Notes: generated by a model from the letters alone, not told the origin. A stretch of 64,000 nucleotides of DNA from an uncultured Dehalococcoidia bacterium (GCA_964500645.1 CAZCOH010000002.1:51735-115734), one strand, 5' to 3'; positions 1 through 10,217 are shown, numbered from the stretch's first letter. Numbers and translations are program-made.

Positions 1-723
1 CTCTGGCCTGTGCTGGGCCCAATAACCCTCAGGAAACATCAATCCATTCCTCCTAGAGTTACCCATAAAAGGAGCCATCATATCGTGCGTCTTTCCATAT
101 TTTCTACAATATTCAGCAAACTGTAATGCCGTCCCATAAGAAGCAGGTGCCCCCCAAATATTTTTGATAGCACTGGTTCCATCTATCTCATTAGCAGCAT
201 TTTTTCCGCCTTGGTAGTACCGTCCTTCAAGATTATGCCAAGCCTTGAGAACAAGACATGTGCTGGTTAGTCCATCTCCTACAGCTTGAGCTGCCACATT
301 CAGTGCATTTGACATACACACAGGACCATAGGCAGTGTATTTCACGTTAGTGAGTTCTGGCATATTTTTCAATAGCCACTCCGTGCTCAATTTTGCTACC
401 CCGTCAAGAGGGTCTGAAGTCTGATTGAAAGCGTTAATAGCATCCATTGGCAGAGGCTTATCGTCAGGCCAAAAGGCACCTGTGGTCGTGACCGGGACAA
501 TAACGAGACCATCAACCTGGTCAGGAGATACGCCAGCATCTTCTATCGCCCTTCTTAAAGCCATTATGCTCCATGCACCTACTGACGTCTCAGGTCTCTC
601 ATCCCAGCGACGAGCCGTAGGAGAATGTCCGATTCCCACAGCTGCAACTTTTCCTCTGTGTTCCCAAATGCCTAAACCTTCTTTGCTTCTATACATCGAT
701 GCAGGTGCATTCTTAGTAACCAA
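1..723 (-). CDS. thiolase-like protein (SCP-x / lipid-transfer thiolase family), C-terminus cut by window edge
   Basis: Absent from the ORF track because it runs off the edge. My translation of the minus strand is open from TTG at 723 (AAGGAG 6 nt upstream) to base 1: MVTKNAPASMYRSKEGLGIWEHRGKVAAVGIGHSPTARRWDE...YGPVCMSNALNVAAQAVGDG...YGTALQFAEYCRKYGKTHDMMAPF. It directly follows its usual DUF35 partner gene. Confidence 0.6.
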   Translation of the reverse strand, partial: MVTKNAPASMYRSKEGLGIWEHRGKVAAVGIGHSPTARRWDERPETSVGAWSIMALRRAIEDAGVSPDQVDGLVIVPVTTTGAFWPDDKPLPMDAINAFNQTSDPLDGVAKLSTEWLLKNMPELTNVKYTAYGPVCMSNALNVAAQAVGDGLTSTCLVLKAWHNLEGRYYQGGKNAANEIDGTSAIKNIWGAPASYGTALQFAEYCRKYGKTHDMMAPFMGNSRRNGLMFPEGYWAQHRPE

Positions 724-766
724 GGTTAACTCCTTAACACTTAAATCAAATCTAAATCCTTAGAGA

Positions 767-1177
767 TCAAGTTACAATTTCCCACTCGGGTATTAACTGA
801 CCATTTGCACTTTTTTCAAATATCACCCTCACATTTGCTCCTGCAGGAACCTCATCCTCAGAAACGCCAGGCATGTGCGAATACATTTGAATCCCAGAAT
901 CTTCGTCTAACATGACTACAGCGAGATTAAATGGTTGATCATCTTGCAATAATCTCACTGGGCAATCATGAACTACTCCGTAGTTATATATCTTCCCTTT
1001 TCCACTCATCTCTTCCCAACCAAGGCTGTCACTTGACTCACATTTTCCGCAATGGAGCTCAGGAGGATGTTGCAACCGGTTGCAAGCACTACATTTTTGA
1101 ATCACCAATCTAGATTCATTTGCCGCAGCCCAAAACGGAGCTGTAAGTTCGTCAGGCACGACCCCTTGTTTAACCAT
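767..1177 (-). CDS. DUF35-type zinc-ribbon / OB-fold protein (thiolase partner)
   Basis: 136-aa ORF with a four-Cys ribbon (CSACNRLQHPPELHCGKC) followed by an OB-fold-like C-terminus. It ends 43 nt upstream of the thiolase-like gene. Confidence 0.7.
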   Translation of the reverse strand: MVKQGVVPDELTAPFWAAANESRLVIQKCSACNRLQHPPELHCGKCESSDSLGWEEMSGKGKIYNYGVVHDCPVRLLQDDQPFNLAVVMLDEDSGIQMYSHMPGVSEDEVPAGANVRVIFEKSANGQLIPEWEIVT

Positions 1178-1306
1178 TCATCTCACCTTTTTTTAAAAGA
1201 AACATGATTTTCTCTGATCACCTTAAAATTTCTATTGCGGCTTCATATTACAGTTAGGGCGCATAGTACCATCAATAGATCTAGATTTATAATTCCTGAT
1301 CTTTAG

Positions 1307-2173
1307 TTAAGTTTCCTTAGGATTATTTGCCCTACTGCTCGGCCTTCTCCAAGGAGTCGACTTGGTCAAATTCATAAAATCATGGTGCAGAGGTGAAGAC
1401 GCAGCAATGATTCCATCGGAATATAGACGTGCTCTATAACCCTGCCTATCCGTCACTATTCCTCCTGCCTCCTCAACTAAAAGAAGTCCTGCAGCCTGAT
1501 CGTAAGGTTGCAAACGATGATTGATATATATATCCGATCTCCCGGCCGCTACGTATGAAAGCCCCAAAGCAGAAGAGCCCAAAGTTCTCGTAGTATTAAG
1601 ATAGGGCCATAATTTACGCACAACCTGAAGGGTACTTCTGGTCCCTTCTGCCGGTCCGTTTGATGGATCAAATCCACAGCTAGCATATTCCAGCTTTAAC
1701 TTGTTAGATACTCTGATTCTTTCGTCATTTAAAAATGCCCCTTGATATATAGCTGCGTGAAACATTTCACCGTGTATAGGGTCATAATTCACGCCTACTA
1801 CTACATCTCCATCTTTTACCAATGCAACCACGATAGAAAAATGTGGTATGCCAGCAGCAAAATTCCGAGTCCCATCAATTGGATCTATTACCCACACCCA
1901 ACCCTCATTTGGATCATCACCAAATCCTTCCTCACCGAAGGTTCCATGACTAGGAAAATGGTTTTTAAGTTCCCCTCTTATAAAATCTTCACACTCTCTA
2001 TCAACATTAGTGACGATATCGGCTAGACCCTTGTTAAAAACCTGCTTGGTCTTTGGCCACCAATGCATCAATATTCCACCCGCTTGACGGGAAACTTCCA
2101 TCGCAATATCCCATGCATTCTTTCCACCTTCAGACATCGGTAAATTTCCTAATTTATATGACAACCTACTCAA
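1307..2173 (-). CDS. inositol monophosphatase family protein (SuhB/IMPase-like)
   Basis: Contains the FGEEG and WVIDPIDGTRNF metal-binding motifs. The start is uncertain (TTG 2173, TTG 2164 or ATG 2137). Confidence 0.8.
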   Translation of the reverse strand: MSRLSYKLGNLPMSEGGKNAWDIAMEVSRQAGGILMHWWPKTKQVFNKGLADIVTNVDRECEDFIRGELKNHFPSHGTFGEEGFGDDPNEGWVWVIDPIDGTRNFAAGIPHFSIVVALVKDGDVVVGVNYDPIHGEMFHAAIYQGAFLNDERIRVSNKLKLEYASCGFDPSNGPAEGTRSTLQVVRKLWPYLNTTRTLGSSALGLSYVAAGRSDIYINHRLQPYDQAAGLLLVEEAGGIVTDRQGYRARLYSDGIIAASSPLHHDFMNLTKSTPWRRPSSRANNPKET

Positions 2174-2872
2174 CCTCCTTGAGAATCTTATTATTATGCC
2201 ATCAACACAATTACCACTATTTATATCTAATTTATGTTTATTACACGTTTTTTATGAAAAAAATTGTGTTTTAAGCCACTTTTTTATTTGAAGAATCAGG
2301 AATTACATTTCATGAAGGTTAAATTCTGCCTTTCTTACCTAGAAACAGATTGACGTCAAAATTCCCGGCCTCCCCCCTTGCAAAGGTTGAAAAGACGGGT
2401 GTACAAAGTTAGAGCACTTTTTAAAGAGAGGTGCAGGGACTAATTTATTCTGTTGTAGTTATTGCAGAACAGGTCTCGAATTGGGAATGATTATGACAAT
2501 GCGATTCTTCATCAATCTTCTCGAATGTATTTCCGCAGTGACACACTGCGCATAGGCCGGCTGAGAAGTTGGTGAACCGGAGAAATTACCGTTAAGGTTG
2601 CAGTTCCGGTGGCAGCGAGCAATGTCTGGAGGACTAGACACTACTACGCTCTCGATATAGACCAAAAAGGTCGCTGTCTTCGAAAATATTGAAGACACAT
2701 TATAGAAAGAGCGATAGCTTTTAGACTTTGACAGGTATGCATAAATACAATGCAGAAAGCCTGTATGCTGCTAGTCTAGCGGAAGCACTCATTTAGTTCT
2801 TTTAAAAAGAAAGAACACAAATCCTTGGGTCGCTTTGTGCCAAAAATTAGGTCACATTTATAAAAGAAATTA

Positions 2873-4273
2873 ATGGCTTCTGAAACAAATCGGCAGGCCG
2901 CGACAGTATGGAATGCAGTTCTTGGCAAACTCGAACTAACTATACCGCGACCCAGCTATGAAACATGGATAAAAAATAGCGTAGGGCTTTCAATTGATGA
3001 GGAAAGTCTCACAGTTTCGGTTGACGACGCATTCACGGCTCAATACCTCAAAGACAGAATGTCGGGAATAATTGAAACTAAGATTCGAGATGTCACTGGA
3101 CAGAATCATCAGGTCATGTTTTTAGTAAAGGGTGACAAAAATATCACTTATACGGATGATCCCGAAACTCAAACAAAGTCTAACCAAGATCGTAAAATTC
3201 ACAATACCGTGGACGTCAATTCAGATAATAATCAAGGTTCCATGGCTAGAATGCCAAAATTAAATCCAAAATATACATTTGAAAATTTTGTTTTGGGGAA
3301 CTCAAACGAATTAGCTCTGGCTGGTGCTAAGGCAGCAGCAGAAAACCCAGGCCATTCTTTTAATCCATTGGTTATATACTCGGATGTAGGGCTTGGAAAA
3401 ACTCATCTCTTACATGCAATAGGACACGAAGTTTCAAAAAAAGGCCTAAACTGTGTTTATGTAACGTGTGAGGAATTTACTAACCAGTACGTGAAATCAA
3501 TTCAACAAGGTAGCACTGAAAAATTTCGGGATTTTTATCGTTCCTCTGATGTCTTACTTTTGGACGATGTTCAATTTCTGATTGCCAAAGAGCAAACACA
3601 AGAAGGATTTTTCCATACATTTAACGCACTCCATATGGCAAACAAACAAATCGTCGTCACTAGCGATAGGCCAGTATCCTCTCTGAATGTATTAGAGCAA
3701 AGAATAACGTCCAGGTTAGCGGGGGGTCTGGTTGCAGACATGCAACCACCGCCTTTCGAGACTAGACTTGCAATACTTCAAAAAAAAGCTCGCAAAATGG
3801 ACTGCGATGTTCCTTCAGATGTGTTGGAATATCTAGCTAAAAGAATTCAATCTAATGTTAGAGACTTGGAAGGAAGTTTGAATCGAGTCATTGCATGGTC
3901 CCAATTTCGTGAATCTTCCATATCACTGAACGACGTGACTATACTCATCGGTGAAAGCTGGACAACAATGCGAGGGAAAACAATAACAGATGCAGCCGTG
4001 ATATCAGCAGTCTCCGAACATTTTGGGATAACTACAGAGCAAATTAGAGGAAAGGGTCGGCGCAAAATGACTGTTTTATCGAGGCAGGTCGCCATGTACT
4101 TGCTTAGAGAGGAAACAGACTTAAGCTTTACAGCAATTGGAAAAATCTTAGGCGGTAGAGATCATTCCACAGTCCTACATGGTCACGAAAGAGTTTCAAT
4201 CAAGATTGAACAGGACGACTCCCTAAGAAACGACGTTATTAAGATACGTCACTCAATGATGGGGAAATTTTAG
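2873..4273 (+). CDS. dnaA: chromosomal replication initiator DnaA
   Basis: 466-aa ORF with Walker A GLGKTHLLHAIG, Walker B LLLDDVQF and the C-terminal DNA-binding region (GGRDHSTVLHG). Confidence 0.95.
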   Translation: MASETNRQAATVWNAVLGKLELTIPRPSYETWIKNSVGLSIDEESLTVSVDDAFTAQYLKDRMSGIIETKIRDVTGQNHQVMFLVKGDKNITYTDDPETQTKSNQDRKIHNTVDVNSDNNQGSMARMPKLNPKYTFENFVLGNSNELALAGAKAAAENPGHSFNPLVIYSDVGLGKTHLLHAIGHEVSKKGLNCVYVTCEEFTNQYVKSIQQGSTEKFRDFYRSSDVLLLDDVQFLIAKEQTQEGFFHTFNALHMANKQIVVTSDRPVSSLNVLEQRITSRLAGGLVADMQPPPFETRLAILQKKARKMDCDVPSDVLEYLAKRIQSNVRDLEGSLNRVIAWSQFRESSISLNDVTILIGESWTTMRGKTITDAAVISAVSEHFGITTEQIRGKGRRKMTVLSRQVAMYLLREETDLSFTAIGKILGGRDHSTVLHGHERVSIKIEQDDSLRNDVIKIRHSMMGKF

Positions 4274-4275
4274 AC

Positions 4276-4935
4276 ATGAAATTAATCTTGGTGCGTCACG
4301 GCGAAACTCATGCAAATCTGGTTATGAGATGGTCTGGTTCAAAAGATTTAGAGATAACGAATCTTACAGAGAACGGACGTGATCAGGCAGGAAAACTTGG
4401 AAGATGGTTTAAGGAAAGACGCTTAATTCCAACTCACGTTTATTCCAGTCCTCAGAAACGGGCCAAAGACACTGCGGAATTGGCTGGAGGGCACTGGGGA
4501 ATTCCCATTAGGGAGATGGAAGATTTAAAAGAGACAGGAGCGGGAATATTTGAAGGCCTAACCTGGCAAGAAATAGAAGATAGTCATCCTGAAGAAGCTG
4601 ACAAATTTAGAGACTCACGCGATTGGGCATATATAAAAGATGCGGAATCTGAGGAAAATCGAAGGGCTAGAGGAAAGAAAGTTACCCGCTATTTTATTGA
4701 TACTCATACCAATGACGACACTATAGTAGCCTTCGCTCACGCAGGAATAATTCAACAGATCATCTGCGCAATCTTAGAATCTCCCAGGCTCTGGGGCCTT
4801 TCTGCAAGAAACACAGCCCTATATGAATTTCACATCAACGTTGAGGAATGGGATAGCCAATCAAGAGCGTTATTGAACCCTACTCAATGGAAAATTGTCC
4901 GGTTCAACGAACAACCTCACTTAAACCAGAATTAA
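4276..4935 (+). CDS. histidine phosphatase family protein (phosphoglycerate mutase-like)
   Basis: N-terminal LVRHGET catalytic motif and a C-terminal AHAG histidine. It starts 2 nt after the dnaA stop. Confidence 0.75.
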   Translation: MKLILVRHGETHANLVMRWSGSKDLEITNLTENGRDQAGKLGRWFKERRLIPTHVYSSPQKRAKDTAELAGGHWGIPIREMEDLKETGAGIFEGLTWQEIEDSHPEEADKFRDSRDWAYIKDAESEENRRARGKKVTRYFIDTHTNDDTIVAFAHAGIIQQIICAILESPRLWGLSARNTALYEFHINVEEWDSQSRALLNPTQWKIVRFNEQPHLNQN

Positions 4936-4956
4936 TAACCATTCTGTACTTGTTAT

Positions 4957-5619
4957 CTAATTGTCGGCGAGATGAATGTCATCCGCAAAACGCCTAATTT
5001 CGAACAATCCAAACTGTTGTAAAGACGCCGTACCTGTAATGAAGGGGTTTTTCATATCCCAAGAACCTGGATCTATTCTAAAATCAAATATCGATGTATT
5101 CGGAATTCTTAGAGTCCAGATCCTATTAGTACCCATAAGCACCGCCACAATAAACATCAAAAAGCCACTATGAGTAAAAACAACAATTTTTTCGTTTTTG
5201 TCATGTCCTTTTACCAAAAAGTCGACAACCTTTTCTGCCCTCTTTCGAAAATCGTATCTAGATTCAGCACCCGGTACTGAATTAAAGTTTTTAGTTCTTT
5301 GAAATTCCAGAGCTATTTCAGGATATTCAGAACGAATTTCATCCATGTTCTTACCTTCAAAAACCCCGGCTCCTCCCTCTTTTAAGTCGTCTATTTTAAT
5401 TATGTTGCTATCTGGCAAAGCGATTTCTGCCGTCTCCAACGCTCTTATAAGAGGACTACTATAGACAAAATCAGGTAGAAACGCCTCAGATACAAATCGA
5501 TCTCTCAATAACTCACTTTGTTTTCTACCTTCTTCCGACAATTCATAATCTAACTGCCCTTGCCATCTCTTTTCGGCATTAGCGGTAGACTGTCCGTGAC
5601 GAACAAAAACGATTTGCAT
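4957..5619 (-). CDS. histidine phosphatase family protein (paralogue)
   Basis: FVRHGQS motif and FTHSG histidine. Its ATG overlaps the TAA of the upstream MFS gene by 1 nt (TAATG). Confidence 0.75.
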   Translation of the reverse strand: MQIVFVRHGQSTANAEKRWQGQLDYELSEEGRKQSELLRDRFVSEAFLPDFVYSSPLIRALETAEIALPDSNIIKIDDLKEGGAGVFEGKNMDEIRSEYPEIALEFQRTKNFNSVPGAESRYDFRKRAEKVVDFLVKGHDKNEKIVVFTHSGFLMFIVAVLMGTNRIWTLRIPNTSIFDFRIDPGSWDMKNPFITGTASLQQFGLFEIRRFADDIHLADN

Positions 5620-7124
5620 TACTGTATTTTGCCCCGTTTATTTATAAATTGCCCATAAACAAAAGGTATAAGAGAAAGGAAGGCCGCCACACCCATTATT
5701 ACAGTAGACACTTCATAGGCCCGGCTCATTGAAATAGTGTAAGCACTTCTAAGCCCAACATCATTTAAACTATCAGGATCTGACAGGTCTGCGTCATAAC
5801 CCATTGATGCCATCACAGCTACTACTATTGCTGTTGGGACAGCAATTCCAATTATATGAGCACCATTCCTAGTCAAATTCATAAAGGCAGATACTATTCC
5901 GTAATGTGTTCTACCGGCACTACCCATTATGGAACTCGTGTTGGGCGCCATGAACATACTCAGTCCCATTCCAGACAATCCAGAGGCCAACGCAACTATT
6001 AGAGGATCCGACTCGAGCCTTATCACAGAAAATAGATACATCGCCACAGTGCAACAACACAAACCCGTAAAAGCTGGAATAGTTGTTCCTATTTTATCTG
6101 CTACTCTTCCACTTATTGGACCTACTATCATAAGGGTTACGGAACTTGGCAGTAGATATAGTGCGGCCAATCCGGTACTCATCCCAACTACTGAAACTAG
6201 GAAAAATGGGATAAGGAAAAAAGTACTAGTCCCCGCCATGAATGCTAGGAAACGCGCGGATGAACCCACTGAAAATAAAATTTTATTAAATAAAGACAAG
6301 GGTAGCATGGGAAAAGGTGCTCGTCGCTCCCACACAATAAACATTAAAAACAAAACCACAGTGAGCACTAGTCCCACAATTATCGTTCCGGAAAACCACC
6401 CTAATTTTTGCCCAAATGTAACCGTGAGCATAAAGGTCAATAACAAAATTGCCGACAATCCTGTTCCTGTCCAATCAAACTGGCTTAACGACGGCCCTTT
6501 CCTATCTCCACTTTTATGATCCGACTGTAATATCAGGCTTGCTACCAAACAAGAGACCAAACTAAAAAGCGTAATAAATACAAAAATCGATCTCCACCCC
6601 AGCCAACTTTCCATCCCGCCACCCAACAATGGCCCTGCCATAGCCCCTATACCCACAGATGTCATATGTAACCCACTTGCTTTACCACGCTCTGAATCTG
6701 GAAATGCGCCCGCCACCATGGCCATACCGTTAGCCTGGAGAGCAGAAGCAGAAAGCCCCATAAGAACCTTCCCAAACAACACCATTTGAAAATTCGGTGC
6801 TACTGAAGTTATCAACGAGGCAATAGAGAAGGCAATTAGTCCCCAAATCCACACCCTCCTGCGACCCAGTGTGTCGGCGATTGCTCCTGCAGGCATCATC
6901 ATTGCACTAACAGCCAACATTGATCCTACCGTTAGCCATTGTGCTGTTGGTATATCTGCTCCAAATTCTCTAGCAATCGAAGGAATTACAATAGCAGTAG
7001 CTGATTGCTCAACTACTGTTATGAATGTGCCTATTGCTATTGCACAATAAGTCCAATAACGAAAATGTGGACTCTTCTCCAGGAAACTAAGTGGTAAATT
7101 CAATCGTCCTAGGCACCTAAGCAA
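5619..7124 (-). CDS. MFS transporter, DHA2 (14-TMS, EmrB/QacA-like)
   Basis: 501 aa and polytopic. It has the DTLGRRRVW loop motif and resembles the MFS genes at 55175 and 61877. The TTG start is uncertain. Confidence 0.8.
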   Translation of the reverse strand: MLRCLGRLNLPLSFLEKSPHFRYWTYCAIAIGTFITVVEQSATAIVIPSIAREFGADIPTAQWLTVGSMLAVSAMMMPAGAIADTLGRRRVWIWGLIAFSIASLITSVAPNFQMVLFGKVLMGLSASALQANGMAMVAGAFPDSERGKASGLHMTSVGIGAMAGPLLGGGMESWLGWRSIFVFITLFSLVSCLVASLILQSDHKSGDRKGPSLSQFDWTGTGLSAILLLTFMLTVTFGQKLGWFSGTIIVGLVLTVVLFLMFIVWERRAPFPMLPLSLFNKILFSVGSSARFLAFMAGTSTFFLIPFFLVSVVGMSTGLAALYLLPSSVTLMIVGPISGRVADKIGTTIPAFTGLCCCTVAMYLFSVIRLESDPLIVALASGLSGMGLSMFMAPNTSSIMGSAGRTHYGIVSAFMNLTRNGAHIIGIAVPTAIVVAVMASMGYDADLSDPDSLNDVGLRSAYTISMSRAYEVSTVIMGVAAFLSLIPFVYGQFINKRGKIQ

Positions 7125-7139
7125 GATCTTGTAGAAGAC

Positions 7140-7721
7140 TTAAGAGACAATGGCTATCTCTCCATCAGGATTTGCAATAAATATACTCTCGAAGCTATAT
7201 CCTCTAATCCTGCATTCATCACTACCTCCCGCCATCCTATCCATAATCGAGAATATTTTTACCACCTCGCAACCTTCCTCTTCGAGAACTTTTACCGCAT
7301 GAAAAATACTTGATCCTGAAGTACACGTATCATCTACGACCGCGACTTTCATGCCTTCTCTGAGAGATCCTTCAACAGATTTCATGCCCCCATGCGATTT
7401 AGTTTCTTTTCTCACTATCAATGCCGGGACACTTGTCTTTTCTATGTAACTCAATGACGCCACAGAGGAAACTATCGGATCCGCACCAAGAGTTGGGCCT
7501 GCTATTGCTTCCGCTCCACAATCCAGAATCAACGGTAGGAGTATTTTTGCCGTTAAATAAGCTCCTTCCGGATCAAGTGTCAGTATGCGTCCATCAAAAT
7601 AGTAATTGCTTGTTCCTCCTGCAGACAAATTAAATTCTCCAAATAAAAGAGCTTCTTTTTGCTTCGCAACTTCAAGCAATCTTCTTTTTAATTCGAAAAT
7701 TTCGTGCATAAACCATTCCAA
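7140..7721 (-). CDS. pyrE: orotate phosphoribosyltransferase
   Basis: LFGEFNLSAGGTSNYYFD N-terminal signature and the type I PRTase PRPP loop VAVVDDTCTSGSS. Confidence 0.75.
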   Translation of the reverse strand: MEWFMHEIFELKRRLLEVAKQKEALLFGEFNLSAGGTSNYYFDGRILTLDPEGAYLTAKILLPLILDCGAEAIAGPTLGADPIVSSVASLSYIEKTSVPALIVRKETKSHGGMKSVEGSLREGMKVAVVDDTCTSGSSIFHAVKVLEEEGCEVVKIFSIMDRMAGGSDECRIRGYSFESIFIANPDGEIAIVS

Positions 7722-7792
7722 TCTTTACTATCAAGAATTGAAGGATTGTAACTCATCTTAACCAAATACCGAAGATTAGAAGTGAAGAAGAA

Positions 7793-8398
7793 TTATTTAT
7801 AAAGTTGGTGAGTATGAATGTAATCTCTCACAGGAGCACTGATACCTTCGACATTACGTCCACCTTTTACTGTGTTTCTAATTTGTGTACTCGCTATATT
7901 TGGGGTTATCGAATCTATAATTTCTATGTTATTCAATAAGCCTCTATTGTCGTCAGCAACTATTGACGAAATGTCGACACCGGGTCGAGCTATTACTGCT
8001 ACTCTTGCCTTACTTACGATCTTTTCTGGTTCTTTCCAAAGATGAAAATAGGAAAGGGTATCCGCGCCAATAATTAGCACCAATTTATCTTTTGGAAGGT
8101 TGAAACTTTCTACAGTATCCAGTGTGTAAGAAGGTCCTTTACGAGCAATTTCAATATCAGAAACATAAAAATTACTGTCATTTTCGTAATCTAAAGCTCG
8201 ATTTATCATCTCCATTCTATGAAAAGCAGGAGATACAGTTAAAGAAGACGTTTTCATATAGGGATCACCCGCAGGTATGAATACAATCTTATCTAAATTA
8301 AGGGCTTTCAAAGCCTCTCGTGCCACAGATATATGTCCATGATGAATGGGGTCAAATGTCCCACCAAACAATCCTAGGCTTTTTGCACATATATTCAT
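7793..8398 (-). CDS. nadD: nicotinate-nucleotide adenylyltransferase
   Basis: GGTFDPIHHGH nucleotidyltransferase motif and a C-terminal ISAPVRD/IR-type motif; 201 aa. Confidence 0.85.
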   Translation of the reverse strand: MNICAKSLGLFGGTFDPIHHGHISVAREALKALNLDKIVFIPAGDPYMKTSSLTVSPAFHRMEMINRALDYENDSNFYVSDIEIARKGPSYTLDTVESFNLPKDKLVLIIGADTLSYFHLWKEPEKIVSKARVAVIARPGVDISSIVADDNRGLLNNIEIIDSITPNIASTQIRNTVKGGRNVEGISAPVRDYIHTHQLYK

Positions 8399-8483
8399 AT
8401 TTAAAAAAATTATCTGGCTATTATTTGTTAAAACGTCTAATTCATTTACATACTAGAAGTTTTTCAGTTATCCTGCCACAACC

Positions 8484-10076
8484 ATGAAATATGACTTTAT
8501 AGTGGTGGGTGCAGGATCGTCTGGAGCAATAATAGCCTCAAGATTATCCGAAGACCCGTCCATTTCCGTACTACTATTAGAAGGGGGGCCAGATTACCCC
8601 GACTTCAGGAAATTACCTGACGATATTAAGTTTGGTTATTCAACCGGGACTTACATAGCAGTTGGCCCAGAACATGACTGGGGCTACACCGCAAAAGTTA
8701 ACAGTTATGAATCAGACGGACTATCCAGATACATTCGCACACCTCGAGGAAAAATTACCGGAGGCACGAGTTCTATAAATGGACAGATTTTTCTACGAGG
8801 ACTTTCACATGATTTTGAGCTGTGGAAAAGCTTGGGACTAACCAACTGGAGTTACGAGGAAGTTTTACCGTATTTCCGAAAACTAGAAACCGACTTGGAC
8901 TTCTCAGGAGATTTTCACGGAGAAGACGGTCCAATTATTGCACACCGGTTTCCAAGATCCGAATGGACCAGTTCACAGAATGGTTTTTTTGAATCTGCGA
9001 TTGACTTGGGATTTAAAGAAACACATGATATGAACTTCCCAGATGCTAGCGGAGTGGGGGCATTTCCATGTAACAATCCGAATGGCATACGGATCAGTAC
9101 GGCTGTTGGTCACCTATCACAAGCTCGCCACAGGCTTAATCTAACAGTCAGCCCCAATACCACGGTTAACAAAATTATTTTAGACAAACAAAAAGTATCC
9201 TCTTTAGAAGTTGAAAGTGCCGGAAATACCTACCTAGCCGCTGGAGAGAATGTTGTTCTTTGCGCCGGCGCTATAGCAAATCCGAAAATCCTAATGTTAT
9301 CTGGTATTGGCCCTATGAATCATTTAGAAAAATTAGGTATACCCACTCAGATCAACTTGCCTGGTATTGGACAAAACCTAAGTGACCACCCTATAAATTT
9401 TTTAAAAGCCTCTGTAAAAGATATAGATCACTTAGACACACAAAAGCCATGTCTACAGGTTGGCCTACGATACACTGCATCAGAATCTGATATTGAAGAC
9501 GACATGCTAATGTGGATGAATTCGTATTCGCTATCAACTGATTACCGCGAAGTTGAAACTATGACACCCCAAGGAAATCTACAAAGTCAGAACATAGATG
9601 GTATACAAATAGCAGTATCTGTTTACTTAGCTACTAGCAAAGGTAGTATCCAATTAAATTCATCAGATCCTGAAGACAGTCCGGACATATTTTTAAATCT
9701 TCTTGATACAGAAAAAGACGTTGAGAGAATGGCAGAAGGTATAAAAATCGCCAAAGATTTAATGGAAAGTAAGCCGATGAGACCTATAGTTCAAAACGTT
9801 ACCTCCCCAACAGATTATATTCTAAATTCGAGAGAATCCTTTCACCATTGGCTTCGAACCAATACTGTAACTGGTCATCACTTGACAGGTACATGCCGAA
9901 TGGGGTCAGACACTGACGAAATGTCAGTTGTTGACTCAAATGGCAAGGTCAAAGGTCTAAACAATTTATACATTGCTGACGCCTCAATAATGCCAGAATC
10001 CGTGAGAGCCAATACAAATGCAACAACAATGATGATAGGGGAAAAAATATCCGCCTATTTAGAAACCAATCACTAA
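8484..10076 (+). CDS. GMC family oxidoreductase (choline dehydrogenase-like flavoprotein)
   Basis: N-terminal FAD fold DFIVVGAGSSGAIIASRLSE, the GGTSSINGQ motif and a C-terminal HHLTGTCRMG active-site region. Confidence 0.85.
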   Translation: MKYDFIVVGAGSSGAIIASRLSEDPSISVLLLEGGPDYPDFRKLPDDIKFGYSTGTYIAVGPEHDWGYTAKVNSYESDGLSRYIRTPRGKITGGTSSINGQIFLRGLSHDFELWKSLGLTNWSYEEVLPYFRKLETDLDFSGDFHGEDGPIIAHRFPRSEWTSSQNGFFESAIDLGFKETHDMNFPDASGVGAFPCNNPNGIRISTAVGHLSQARHRLNLTVSPNTTVNKIILDKQKVSSLEVESAGNTYLAAGENVVLCAGAIANPKILMLSGIGPMNHLEKLGIPTQINLPGIGQNLSDHPINFLKASVKDIDHLDTQKPCLQVGLRYTASESDIEDDMLMWMNSYSLSTDYREVETMTPQGNLQSQNIDGIQIAVSVYLATSKGSIQLNSSDPEDSPDIFLNLLDTEKDVERMAEGIKIAKDLMESKPMRPIVQNVTSPTDYILNSRESFHHWLRTNTVTGHHLTGTCRMGSDTDEMSVVDSNGKVKGLNNLYIADASIMPESVRANTNATTMMIGEKISAYLETNH

Positions 10077-10217
10077 TCTACAGATCAAATAACATTGATT
10101 GGCTAATGGAAACCACTAATTATCACTCATATTTGCACTTGCTGGTATGCTTTGGGCAAAGTTGCAGCGCTACACCACGATTTAGGTAGTAACTTTTACA
10201 AAAGGAACCTTCAGACT

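Noticed and set aside
425-763. 112-aa plus-strand ORF at the left edge.
   Set aside because: It is antisense to a clearly thiolase-like reading frame that is open over the whole 1..723 stretch on the minus strand.
2340-2385. The minus-strand sequence GGGGGGAGGCCGGGAAUUUUGACGUC resembles the 5' end of tmRNA (GGGG...GGAUUCGAC).
   Set aside because: Downstream of it on that strand the sequence becomes extremely AT-rich and runs into the IMPase-family CDS. No complementary 3' acceptor strand, T-arm or CCA is present, and there is no plausible tag ORF.
2555-2625. GGCUGAGA...GAACCGGAGAAAUUACCGUUAAGG on the plus strand superficially recalls the TPP riboswitch core (CUGAGA ... ACCUGAUCUGGAUAAUGCCAGCG).
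   Set aside because: The P4/P5 consensus is not matched and there is no P2 pairing partner. The only downstream gene is dnaA, which makes no biological sense for a TPP riboswitch.
2459-2698. 79-aa minus-strand ORF in the dnaA upstream gap.
   Set aside because: It has no recognisable motif and no SD, and its composition looks unlike the real proteins here. It coincides with the hairpin-rich island, so it is probably non-coding.
5929-6519. 196-aa plus-strand ORF. Similar cases are 36423..36947 (minus), 19911..20309 (plus) and 62974..63513 (minus).
   Set aside because: All are antisense to strongly supported transporter or SBP genes, and their translations are low-complexity mirror images of TM or Ala/Pro segments.
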